Made by a program: the position numbers and the translations under genes. A DNA stretch of 64,000 bases from positions 15,680 to 79,679 of the forward strand of contig CAYNPN010000004.1 in assembly GCA_964399085.1 (NCBI GenBank), written 5' to 3'. Position 1 is the stretch's first letter, and each line of letters starts with the position of its first letter. Shown here piece after piece: positions 37,988 to 47,534 of the stretch. This DNA is from Candidatus Hadarchaeota archaeon (lineage in GTDB: Archaea; Hadarchaeota; Hadarchaeia; Hadarchaeales; JAGGTB01). The notes beneath the pieces were generated by a model. That model worked only from the letters and a program-made list of their open reading frames with translations, was not told the origin of the DNA and made no database searches.

Positions 37988-40129
37988 TCAGGCTTTGTAT
38001 ACCTTACAAGGATTTCCCCGAATGGTCGGTGTGCCAGTTAGAGGATCACAAGGTGTGTCATAATCCGTTATGAGATTTGTATTTGAATCCGTAAACTCCT
38101 CGTTGCCCCACCCGAATTCAGTGATTACAATCTTGGGGTGGACCTTAGGGTCGGTAAAAAGTTTTTGTTTAACTTTGTTATTTTCTGTCTCTATATATAT
38201 CCAATCGCCATTTTCTAAATCTCTTTCTTCAGCAGTTTCAGCGTTCATGATTACAGTTGGCGGGGGTGATTTTTCTCTTAGTTCCTCCACATTTCGATAA
38301 CCTGAAAGCATGAAAATTTCGCTTTTGTAATTAGTGACTACAAGAGGATATTCTTTGGTAGTTTTGAATGAACCCATCAGTGGTTCTTTAAGTTTCTCAA
38401 ATTTTGGTATTGGATCCCCACCCATATCTTTCAAACTTTCGGAATGTATCTCTACTCTACCGGAGTTAGTTCGGTAACCCGAAACTTCGTTAGGATCATA
38501 CCTTCTTTCCCCTTTAACATGTTTTACATTATCTCGGAACTCTTCCCAGGATAATCCCATGGGTCGAAGCATATAGTCAAGAGCTTCGGATTCATCATCC
38601 CAGAAGTACTCTTCAAAACCTAATCGTTTTGCAAGTTCATTTATTATTTTAATGTCTGGCCAGGCCTCACCAGGAGGATCAACAAGCTTTGGTTGAGCTC
38701 TCAGCATGCCAAACCAAGCAGGCCAAAAAGCTATCGTTTCGTGCTCATGAATAGGAGCGGCAGGTAAAACTATATCTGCAATTTCAGTGGTTGCCGTATG
38801 GAACAATTCAGATATTACGAAGAAGTCCAACTTTTTAAAGGCCTTCTTAGTTGCTTTAGAATCCGGATACGTGATTAAGGGATTTGTAACTAAAGCGAAT
38901 GCCGCTTTAGGCTGATAAGGCTTACCCTCCAGCAAAGCTTTGGTTAATGATTGGGTTGGAACAAATCCGCCCTTATTTGCAATACTAAACTTACCACCTA
39001 TTGTTCTTTTCGGGGATCTAGGATATTTAGCAAGCCTATCCTTTAAATCACCCAGCATAAATCTTCCTGGTGGATAATAGTTAGGCCTCTTTAATTCCAC
39101 TAACCCTCCATCTGGAGTGTTCACATTCCCCGTGATGCCTTGTAAAATTGCTAATGCTCTGCAAGCTTGGAAAGATTGAGAGTTGAATTCTAACGAATTC
39201 CCCGATCCAATTATTCCAGGCTTATTTTCGGCATATAATTTTGCTACTTCTCTAATTTTTTCTTCCGGTACCCAAGTTAAATTTTCTACTTCCCTTAATG
39301 TGAAGGTTTTTACTTCTTTCTGGAGTTCATCAAAGCCCTTTGTCCAACTCTCAACATACTCTTTGTCGTATAACTCCTCCTCAACAATAACTTTTATAAT
39401 ACCCATTGCTAAAACCCCATCGCTGTTTGGACGGGGTCTCAACCAGTAGTCAGCGTCAGAAGCATGCATTCCCTTTTCTGGCCATACTTCTATATTCCTC
39501 GGATCTATCACAACTATTTTTGTCCCGCCTTCTACAGCAGAATTGAAATAGTTTCGCTGGATATCTATGAAAGATCCACCAGTGTGCGGGAGGTTCGTCC
39601 CCCATATTACAATTATTTCTGGATCATTTTCTGTTCTAGCTTCCCATGCCTGCATCCCAAATGTATATCTCAGAGCTTCTGTGGTCATCACACCGCAATA
39701 ATTGCCGGGAGTAATTGTATTTGGGGTTCCAAAAGCAGTGGCAAAACGTTGTGCAAAAGCAAACTCCATGCCTTTGGGCTCTCCTAAAACCATGGCTAAT
39801 CTCTCTGGTCCATATTCTTCCCTTATCTGCTGAAATTCACTTGCAATTGTGTCTAAGGCTTCATCCCAAGAAATTTTCTCCCACTCTCCCTCCCCCCTTT
39901 CACCCCTCCTTTTCAGCGGATGTTTAAGCCGATCTGAATTATTTAATGTCCCAATTATGTGACTCTCTCCTTTTTTCACGGAACAAACGTTTGTGGGAAA
40001 CTCTGTTTCACCTGCACCTCTCACATCTGTTACTTTACCATTTTCCACCGTCACCTTTAATGCACAATGATTACCACAGATATGGCAGAAAGTAGTGTAA
40101 CTTTTTTCTTCTCCCATATTTTTCCTCAA
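37988..40129 (-). CDS. Cytoplasmic molybdopterin (bis-MGD) oxidoreductase catalytic subunit
   Basis: CHICGNHC..C Fe-S motif, RLKHPLKR.GERGEGEW, ADIVLPA; no Tat signal. Confidence 0.9.
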   Translation of the reverse strand: MRKNMGEEKSYTTFCHICGNHCALKVTVENGKVTDVRGAGETEFPTNVCSVKKGESHIIGTLNNSDRLKHPLKRRGERGEGEWEKISWDEALDTIASEFQQIREEYGPERLAMVLGEPKGMEFAFAQRFATAFGTPNTITPGNYCGVMTTEALRYTFGMQAWEARTENDPEIIVIWGTNLPHTGGSFIDIQRNYFNSAVEGGTKIVVIDPRNIEVWPEKGMHASDADYWLRPRPNSDGVLAMGIIKVIVEEELYDKEYVESWTKGFDELQKEVKTFTLREVENLTWVPEEKIREVAKLYAENKPGIIGSGNSLEFNSQSFQACRALAILQGITGNVNTPDGGLVELKRPNYYPPGRFMLGDLKDRLAKYPRSPKRTIGGKFSIANKGGFVPTQSLTKALLEGKPYQPKAAFALVTNPLITYPDSKATKKAFKKLDFFVISELFHTATTEIADIVLPAAPIHEHETIAFWPAWFGMLRAQPKLVDPPGEAWPDIKIINELAKRLGFEEYFWDDESEALDYMLRPMGLSWEEFRDNVKHVKGERRYDPNEVSGYRTNSGRVEIHSESLKDMGGDPIPKFEKLKEPLMGSFKTTKEYPLVVTNYKSEIFMLSGYRNVEELREKSPPPTVIMNAETAEERDLENGDWIYIETENNKVKQKLFTDPKVHPKIVITEFGWGNEEFTDSNTNLITDYDTPCDPLTGTPTIRGNPCKVYKA

Positions 40130-40357
40130 ACCATGCTAAATATTACATCTTCCTAGTTAAAAGTGATGACATTTAAGTATTCGCGCAGTTTTTCTATGTT
40201 TATTACGGATATGGAGGCCAATATAGAAAATATTAACTTTTTTGCTCTCAAGGGCCAAAAGATTGTAATTCCCTCCTACCATCACTGATATAAGTATATA
40301 TAGGAGGAATAAATTCTTTAAATAGCTAAAAAATCTTTATTAGACTCAAAATAAACA

Positions 40358-41390
40358 ATGGGAAATAAAAATCATGCTAATATTCCCCAAAAATCGTTCT
40401 GAGATTGCTGTCTCGTCTTAAATAACATAATAATAACCAATATAAGGAATTTAATCAATTTTGAAAAGATAAATAGAATTAGACATCTATAAGAAAAATC
40501 TAAATGCTAATGTAGTGAAATAAGAGCGCGATATTTTCCTTTAAAAAGCTTTCCAGACTTAATGGTAGGATGAGACCTTTTTCGCTGGTATTGGGGGTAG
40601 AGAGATATCTTTGAAAGCTTCTTAATTTTGGAAGCTCGTCTAAGGGGCTTGAAGAAATTGGCTTCGATTTAAAGCTAGCTACTCAAAAAAAGCCAAATTA
40701 ATAGCGGAGGAGAGACAAAGACCGATGTGATAGACGACAGAATATTAGTACTTTATTAAGGGCTGGGCTTGCATCCGAAGCTTATATCCCATCGGAAGAA
40801 GTTCGTGAACCTCGATATAAGATAGTTCAGGAAGAAACTCCTGAGGAAGAGAATGAGTTTGGAAAACAAGATTTATGCTGCCTGAAAAGAACAGGTTAAA
40901 GATAAGTAACAATCCCCTCACAGAAAAACAAGTATAAACTTAGAGAGTTGAACATCAGTTCGATAAATCACCATTTCACGGTGTTAGAAATGTTTTATGA
41001 TTGAATAAAGATGGTTTTGAAGCAACTTTGACAGATTGCAGAGGAGTAAAAGCTTAACTTCTCATGATTATGCCTGGAATAAGCCATACCTCGGCGCTCG
41101 TCATCCTCGGAGAAATCGCTACATCTACTGCTACGACAGTCTTTAAAACTCCGCTCCTACGCCGAATTTGCGTTCAAATTCCACAAGTTATGAGATCTCC
41201 CCGTTTGAGGGAATCAAGAAGAAAGTAAACAAACTCCTCCGCTAGGCAATAGTCGAATGTGCATTGTTACACATTAATCACGGAGATTCTCACCCTACTA
41301 GGTAATAAGAAAGAAAGTAAGGAAGGAGAGAGCCGAAAGAAGCGGTGATAGCCACTGAGACAAGTTGCCCACTTTTATATACAGAGAATG
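40358..41390 (+). pseudogene. Heavily decayed IS110-family transposase
   Basis: Fragments TKTDVID, SEAYIPSEEVREPR, IMPGISHTSALVILGEI, LR*AIVECALLH across frames. Confidence 0.7.
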
Positions 41391-41410
41391 ACTCATGCTT
41401 GTCTCGAAGT

Positions 41411-42961
41411 TTATCCTTCTAGCAGCGCTTCTTTATCTATTTTCCCTGAACTTAATGTTGGAAAATCTTCCATTCCCCAAAACTCGTATTCTCGCGGTCT
41501 TTTATGATTGGCCAGCTCCGAGTGTTGCTTGCACCATTCATCAAGTTCATCCTCAGTCAAATCTTCATTCGGGCTTCTTATAAATGCCTTCACAGCTTCT
41601 CCCCATTTCTCATGAGTTACACCGGCAACAACCACCTCAGCCACATCCGGATGTTCGATAAGGGGCTTTTCAACTTCTGCCGGATAGATATTCTCTCCTC
41701 CGCTTATTATCATATCTTTTTTCCGTGCCGGAATATAGAAGTCACCATCCTCGTCTTTGTAACAAATATCTCCAGTGTAGAACCAACCATCCTTAAATGC
41801 CTTTTTCTCTTCTTCTGGCATGCCGATGTATTCTGAAGCCACTGTTGGTCCACGGACGATTAACTCTCCTTCTTCTCCCGTTGGTACCTCATCCTCTGGT
41901 TGCCCTCCTAATTCAACTATCCGCATCTCACAGGTCGGCCAAGGTTTTCCTATACTTTCCGGCTTTTCATTAGCATAGCCAGCTGTGGACCCACCCATGG
42001 GGAAAGCTTCGCTTGCTCCCCAAGTATTACTAATGTAATCCGGTTGGAATTCCTCCATAAGCTGGTTTACAACATTTTCTTTAGCTACTTCCCCTACGGT
42101 AAAGATTGACCCGAGAGGTTTAATATCGTATTTTTCAGGATTTTCTTTAAGCTCTGCCATAGCCATCTTCCATTGAGTATATACTGCAAAGACCAAATCC
42201 GGGCTTTTTTCCTGTAGGATTTCAAGGTAAAGATCGGGAGCCCATTCTTCTAATATGAGCCTATTACCTGCTGTACAGACCGATGCTATTTGCATGGCTT
42301 TCCAGCCTATAAAATTAGGCATAAAACCACAAAGGGTAGTAGGATTAACGTCCAATCTAGCCGACCATCCAGACGCAAAGGCACACTGAGACTCTTGAAA
42401 GTTATCGAATGGAATCGCTTTTGGTTTACCTGTAGTTCCGCTGGTGAACTGTATGGTAGATCTATCCGTGGGATTCACTTCTACATCAGGTTCACTCTTT
42501 GAATATTCTCCGAATATTTTTTCGATTAAATCCACATCTTCAACTTCTTCACTATTTGAAACAAATTTATCAAAGGAAAACACATCCTTAGCTTCTTCCA
42601 ATAGCTTTGAGAATATTTTGTCAAATACGAGTACATCGGCATCTATTCTGCTAATCATTTCAACGATATTCTTTGGTGTTTCACGCATCGGTAGAGGTGA
42701 AGCAACTGCTCCTATTTTATGAGCAGCTGCCCAGACTTTATTGACCCATATATTTTGAGTGGATAAAATGGCTATTACATCCCCCTTAGAAATCCCAATA
42801 TCCTGGAAATAGTTTGCCATAGCACAGGCGTCCTTATTTAATTCTTCATATGAGCAACTTTGGTCAGTTTTAATATTTTCAAAAGCTATACTTTTCGGAT
42901 AACTTCTAGCAACGGTTTTTAAGATATCATCATAAGTTTGTAAGGGATATTTTTTTCTAAT
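41411..42961 (-). CDS. AMP-forming acyl-CoA synthetase; probable ATT start at 42961
   Basis: FTSGTTGKPK, WGASE, TGD, SGGENIYP; GGGGGTGA RBS 4 nt before ATT. Confidence 0.88.
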   Translation of the reverse strand: MRKKYPLQTYDDILKTVARSYPKSIAFENIKTDQSCSYEELNKDACAMANYFQDIGISKGDVIAILSTQNIWVNKVWAAAHKIGAVASPLPMRETPKNIVEMISRIDADVLVFDKIFSKLLEEAKDVFSFDKFVSNSEEVEDVDLIEKIFGEYSKSEPDVEVNPTDRSTIQFTSGTTGKPKAIPFDNFQESQCAFASGWSARLDVNPTTLCGFMPNFIGWKAMQIASVCTAGNRLILEEWAPDLYLEILQEKSPDLVFAVYTQWKMAMAELKENPEKYDIKPLGSIFTVGEVAKENVVNQLMEEFQPDYISNTWGASEAFPMGGSTAGYANEKPESIGKPWPTCEMRIVELGGQPEDEVPTGEEGELIVRGPTVASEYIGMPEEEKKAFKDGWFYTGDICYKDEDGDFYIPARKKDMIISGGENIYPAEVEKPLIEHPDVAEVVVAGVTHEKWGEAVKAFIRSPNEDLTEDELDEWCKQHSELANHKRPREYEFWGMEDFPTLSSGKIDKEALLEG

Positions 42962-43276
42962 TAAATCACCCCCGTTTTTCTTTTTCCTGCTTCCCCTTTC
43001 CTGCTTAAACAATTAAAGACTTCCGGTCATCGTGCTGTGTTGATTGGGATGAAAAATTCTCTGGATAAAAATATACTCCAAACTACTCTGGCGAAAGACT
43101 AAAATACCTCAATCCTCTAAAGAAAGATTGAGGCTAGGGCAGTTATCTATCCGGAGTTTTCCCCATTTTGGTGTTTAGCCTCGGGTTCTCAATCAAAAGC
43201 AGAAGAATATCATAAATCTTTTGATAGCGTGGCGAGTTGCCTTTTTCAAATTTCAAAAGACTAAAGAAATAGTTCT

Positions 43277-44116
43277 CTAGGAAGGAATAAGATGCTCGTT
43301 GCTCCCCTTATTCAGGTAAAGACTTCCCTCGCCTTCCTCTGCTTTATCTCCGGTAAATTTGAGGTAATTCCCTTCTACCTCCACTCCGTCAACCTCGGGA
43401 TTACTCACTTCCTCTTCGAAGCTGAATCCGGGCAAAACTTCCTCTAATTCGCCGTTTACGACTATGTCTCCGTCCTCCATTTCACTTCCTGCTCTCGCAC
43501 CGAGGTCTCCATCGACGACAATAGCTCCGCTTTTCATGTGGTATCCTAGATGTATACCGGCGTCTCCATTAATCTCTATTTGACCGCCGTCTAACCACTC
43601 ACCTACCTGGTCAGAAGCATCGCCGCCGAGAACTATCTTACCGTCGGTCATGCCTATCCAATCTCCTCGATAAGTCGCTCCGAGGAATTCTTCGGCATCT
43701 CCTTTGATCTCCAATTCTCCACCTGACATTTTCTGTCCGGCCCAAGCATCGGCGTCTCCTTCGACTTCGATCTTGCCACCGGACATGAAGGCTCCGACGT
43801 ACATACCGACATCGCCGTTTACCTTGATTTTTCCCTCGGACATGTCCTGCCCGACTCTCTTACCCTTGGGAATATCTCCGTCTATCACAATCTCGACCTC
43901 TTCCTCTCCGGTATCCTCACAATCAATTTCGAAAACATCGGTCAGCTCTAATTCCTTCGACCCCTTGTAGACCGGAACTTCGCCGATTTCTTCGGGGCTT
44001 TTACCCTTCAGATTATCGGGGATAACCTGATCGAGTTCGAGTTGAAAATCGAGTTCGGGTTTTGGATTTAAAATTACTTTCAAATTATAGACCTCCTTAC
44101 AAATTGTCCCTAGCAT
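43277..44116 (-). CDS. fwdC: Formylmethanofuran dehydrogenase subunit C (likely TTG start near 44083)
   Basis: GXGXG beta-helix repeats, GATYRGDWIGM. Confidence 0.93.
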   Translation of the reverse strand: MLGTICKEVYNLKVILNPKPELDFQLELDQVIPDNLKGKSPEEIGEVPVYKGSKELELTDVFEIDCEDTGEEEVEIVIDGDIPKGKRVGQDMSEGKIKVNGDVGMYVGAFMSGGKIEVEGDADAWAGQKMSGGELEIKGDAEEFLGATYRGDWIGMTDGKIVLGGDASDQVGEWLDGGQIEINGDAGIHLGYHMKSGAIVVDGDLGARAGSEMEDGDIVVNGELEEVLPGFSFEEEVSNPEVDGVEVEGNYLKFTGDKAEEGEGSLYLNKGSNEHLIPS

Positions 44117-45818
44117 CTATTGAGATGGCTTCTGGATTAGTCATGTATTCGGGTTGAACTGGATAATTGTTTATGTTCACGGTGTAGTACCTCTTAAACT
44201 TCCTCTCTATATCCTTGTATACTTCCTTCTCCAGATCCTCCGGAAGCTGAGCATCGACCCAGTAAGTTCGTCCGGAGGTGTCTTTCTTGATCTCTCCGTT
44301 CTCGGAGACTATTTCCCCATCTTTTATGCAGTAGCTGGCGTTTGCGAAGGTCTCCCTGACCTTCTCGGGATTCCTGCTAATATCAGTCTCATTCGGATTC
44401 AAATCGTAAATTGCCACATCTCCGACCGCACCCGGTCCCAGGTGACCTCGATCCTCCATTCCGAGCACTCTCGCGCTGTTGGCTCTGGAGATAAGTGCGA
44501 TCTCTTCCATAGTCATTTCACGGTCAATAGTCGCGATTACCGCAGACCTCTCGATATTATCGTGAATTCTCTCGATCTCCTCGTTTCTGGCCTGCTCACT
44601 AACCAGCCAGCTGATTACCTTCGGATAGTTTACGAACGGACCTCCGTTGGGGTGATCAGTGGTAAGAATAACCTGCTCCGGGTCGTCTACCAGCAGAGCC
44701 AGCTCCAGCCCGATTGCCCACTGAACGGCATTCACGGGATTATCTCGATGGTAAACAAACGGAACTACTCCTGCACCGGTCTCCAACTCGACGTCCGCAT
44801 TGATCCACTTCAGATGGTTCAAACCCCTCAGGTTGTACTGAAAGGGTCCGTCAGCAGTCATAGTGGTCGTGTTGCCGAATATCACCTGACCCATGTCTAT
44901 CATTAAATCATCTCTCTCGTTGACCCTCTCGGCGACATCTTTTGCATTGGATTCAAAATCCGCCCAACTGCTTCCGCCGTAGGAGTTGAACTGAGCATGG
45001 GTAAGATGGAAAACGTTATCTCTCACTTCGCTTCCCGGTTTAACTCCCCTCGTCTTATCGAAGGTTTCGATTGCCGTCTTTGAGTTGCCCGGTCTGCCAA
45101 GGTTGTTGCCATGGACATGGATTGAATGGGGCAACTCCAAAAGTTCGTTAACTTCCTCCAGACCCCGAATTATCTCGCCGGGCGACACGTCAAAGTAAGC
45201 AACCCTATCTTCTACGCTATCTACATCCTTTCCCCAACCCCAGTTCTCGGTCCCTCCGGGATTGACGAGCTTGAGGGCATATCCCTTGGTGGCCCTCAAA
45301 AGCCAAGAGATGAAGGCGGCCAATCCCTCGTAATCTTCATCCTTAACGTAATCCATGACCATCCAATTGTTGCCCACACAGGGATACGCTGCCTTGTCTA
45401 TGATTGGGATATCCGCGAGCTCCTCATGAGTGTGTCTCGCTTCGAGGGGCGGCATGGCCGGATCTATGACGGTCGTCCAACCCATCTTGGCGTATAGGTA
45501 TCCGGTGGTGAATGTCGAGAATACGGATCTTCCAGCTCCCGATCTGGGATAGTCCTTATTGGAATAGTAATTCCTGCCCTCTTCCGGTCTAAACTTCCTA
45601 CCTGCGTTGACCTTGGAACCCGCAATATGGCTATGTATGTCCACTCCTCCGGGCATAACAACTTGGCCCGAGGCGTCTATGGCCTTCGCAGAATTTCCGG
45701 AGAGCGATTCGACTACTTCCCCATCCTCTATCAGAATGTCCTTTTCTTCGCCGGAGACCCCATTCATGGGGTCGTATACTATTCCGTTTTTGATTTCAAG
45801 GCTAGACATCTTTGTCAC
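44097..45818 (-). CDS. fwdA: Formylmethanofuran dehydrogenase subunit A
   Basis: DIHSHIAG.KVN.GR..RPE, KLVNPGG, TTDHPNGGPF. Confidence 0.95.
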   Translation of the reverse strand: MTKMSSLEIKNGIVYDPMNGVSGEEKDILIEDGEVVESLSGNSAKAIDASGQVVMPGGVDIHSHIAGSKVNAGRKFRPEEGRNYYSNKDYPRSGAGRSVFSTFTTGYLYAKMGWTTVIDPAMPPLEARHTHEELADIPIIDKAAYPCVGNNWMVMDYVKDEDYEGLAAFISWLLRATKGYALKLVNPGGTENWGWGKDVDSVEDRVAYFDVSPGEIIRGLEEVNELLELPHSIHVHGNNLGRPGNSKTAIETFDKTRGVKPGSEVRDNVFHLTHAQFNSYGGSSWADFESNAKDVAERVNERDDLMIDMGQVIFGNTTTMTADGPFQYNLRGLNHLKWINADVELETGAGVVPFVYHRDNPVNAVQWAIGLELALLVDDPEQVILTTDHPNGGPFVNYPKVISWLVSEQARNEEIERIHDNIERSAVIATIDREMTMEEIALISRANSARVLGMEDRGHLGPGAVGDVAIYDLNPNETDISRNPEKVRETFANASYCIKDGEIVSENGEIKKDTSGRTYWVDAQLPEDLEKEVYKDIERKFKRYYTVNINNYPVQPEYMTNPEAISIDARDNL

Positions 45819-47102
45819 TTATATTCTTTCAATAATCTTCTCTAATATTTCTTCGTCAGGCAGTATTCCTTCAGGAGGGTCCTTCACTTTTCGGAGTTTA
45901 ATCGGTACTCCGTCCATTCTGTAAGCCGTTCCTTCGGCCTCAATCCCTGAAATTGCGGAGGGGATAAACACGTCCGAAAATTGCGCAGTTGGTGAAAAGT
46001 GAGGATCAATAGTTATTGTTGGAATTTCCTGCAGATTTCCAAATGTCTGTCTAGGTAGATTAGGTATTGGGTCTGAGGCTACAAATATAGCTGCATCCGC
46101 CTCCTCATTTCTCAAGACGTCTACCACGCTGTTCTCACCTGGACCGTACCTTGGATAACCCCTCGCAAAGTCCACCGCAAACGGGAATCTCGCCTCCCAG
46201 CAGAAAACTTTATTCGCCCCAGCGACATTGAAATGTCCCCTCATGGGCATAATGGTAAACTTATTACCTAGTTCATTTAAATCGGTGACAAGGGATAAGA
46301 CATTATCAATATTGGAATATTTTCCCTTACTCATAGTAAGACCCAAGCCAAAGAACAAAGCACCGAAGTCATGATTTTGGAAATCCTCTGCTAGTTTCTC
46401 AATCTCCTCCGATGAAACTCCTGCCACTTCGTCGGGGATATCTCCACCTTTCAATACAGTTCTGATCGCATCTAGCAACTCATAATCCTTATCCGGCTTG
46501 ACCTGAATAAATTGGTCAGCTATTTTTGCAGTATCGGTCTTTCTTATGTCCACTACAACTATCTTTCTATCTCGTTCCCCCTTTCTTCTAAAGAAACCGC
46601 GAGGGTATATGGTATATCTAGATAAGTGTCTGGGATGCGAATGAGCGGGATTACAACCCCAGTAAATGATTAAATCAGCCCTATTCTTGATTTGTCCTAG
46701 TGTACATGTCGACCCTCCCACTCCCTGTTCAGCAATAATACTAGGACCGTGACACACAGAGGTAGTATTGTCCATAACTCCGCTTACTTTTTCCGTTAAC
46801 GCCACTCCCTTCTTTTGAGCTTCGCAAGTTGTAGAAGACCAACCGTATGCCAAGGAGTAATCTGAATTGCTTAAAATATTTGCAGCTTCACCAATAGCCT
46901 CTTCTAAAGTCACGGGTTTAAGGTCCCCGTTTTTCCTAACCATAGGTTCTTGAGATCTTTCTTTGAAATATTCGGAGAATCTGGCGTGGCCTAGGTTACA
47001 AGTATTCTTGGTGTCCTTTACATGGCCGTTTTCGATTGTTATTTCAATATCGTCACAAAGACAACCGCAGAAAGAACATACGACATCTGTTATTTTTTCC
47101 AT
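45819..47102 (-). CDS. fwdB: Formylmethanofuran dehydrogenase subunit B (Cys form)
   Basis: CSFCGCLCDD, SVCHGPS, HPRHLSRY, MRGHFNV. Confidence 0.95.
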   Translation of the reverse strand: MEKITDVVCSFCGCLCDDIEITIENGHVKDTKNTCNLGHARFSEYFKERSQEPMVRKNGDLKPVTLEEAIGEAANILSNSDYSLAYGWSSTTCEAQKKGVALTEKVSGVMDNTTSVCHGPSIIAEQGVGGSTCTLGQIKNRADLIIYWGCNPAHSHPRHLSRYTIYPRGFFRRKGERDRKIVVVDIRKTDTAKIADQFIQVKPDKDYELLDAIRTVLKGGDIPDEVAGVSSEEIEKLAEDFQNHDFGALFFGLGLTMSKGKYSNIDNVLSLVTDLNELGNKFTIMPMRGHFNVAGANKVFCWEARFPFAVDFARGYPRYGPGENSVVDVLRNEEADAAIFVASDPIPNLPRQTFGNLQEIPTITIDPHFSPTAQFSDVFIPSAISGIEAEGTAYRMDGVPIKLRKVKDPPEGILPDEEILEKIIERI

Positions 47103-47118
47103 TTTTCCACCTCAGACC

Positions 47119-47487
47119 TCACCCTATTAGCTCCTTAGCTTTGGTTATCTCACCTTTTGCCTTTTCTATAATGGCATCTAGATTAGTATATTCTGGCATC
47201 CCTTGGCTAGAAGTATTATCAAAGGTTAAAGCATTGGCCCACGGACCAACGGGAAGGAAAACTATTCCCTCATGCGGAGTATCAGGCGACTTATCTGCTT
47301 CTACCTTTACCTCACCATACTCGGTTCTTAATTTGACGGTATCCCCCGTGCTCACGTCTATCTTCTTCATGTCTCTCCCGTCTATTTGTAAGACTGATGC
47401 TGATTTTGAATACGAATCAGAATGTTTTCCCTTTTCCTTCCCCACTCCCTGATCTATTGTTCTCCCTGTAGAAAGTAGGACTTCCAA
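47119..47487 (-). CDS. fwdD: Formylmethanofuran dehydrogenase subunit D
   Basis: TGRTIDQG, FLPVGPWAN. Confidence 0.92.
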   Translation of the reverse strand: MEVLLSTGRTIDQGVGKEKGKHSDSYSKSASVLQIDGRDMKKIDVSTGDTVKLRTEYGEVKVEADKSPDTPHEGIVFLPVGPWANALTFDNTSSQGMPEYTNLDAIIEKAKGEITKAKELIG

Positions 47488-47534
47488 ATTAAAAACCTCC
47501 AGAATTTCCCCGCTTTTTTTCTCTACCTTTCATT

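Noticed and set aside
43020..43260. Possible transposase remnants here, at 60100-60350 and at 20947-21240
   Set aside because: Too degraded to assign by eye.
45819..47102. Selenocysteine form of FwdB
   Set aside because: The ligand codon is TGT (SVCHG) and there is no in-frame TGA.
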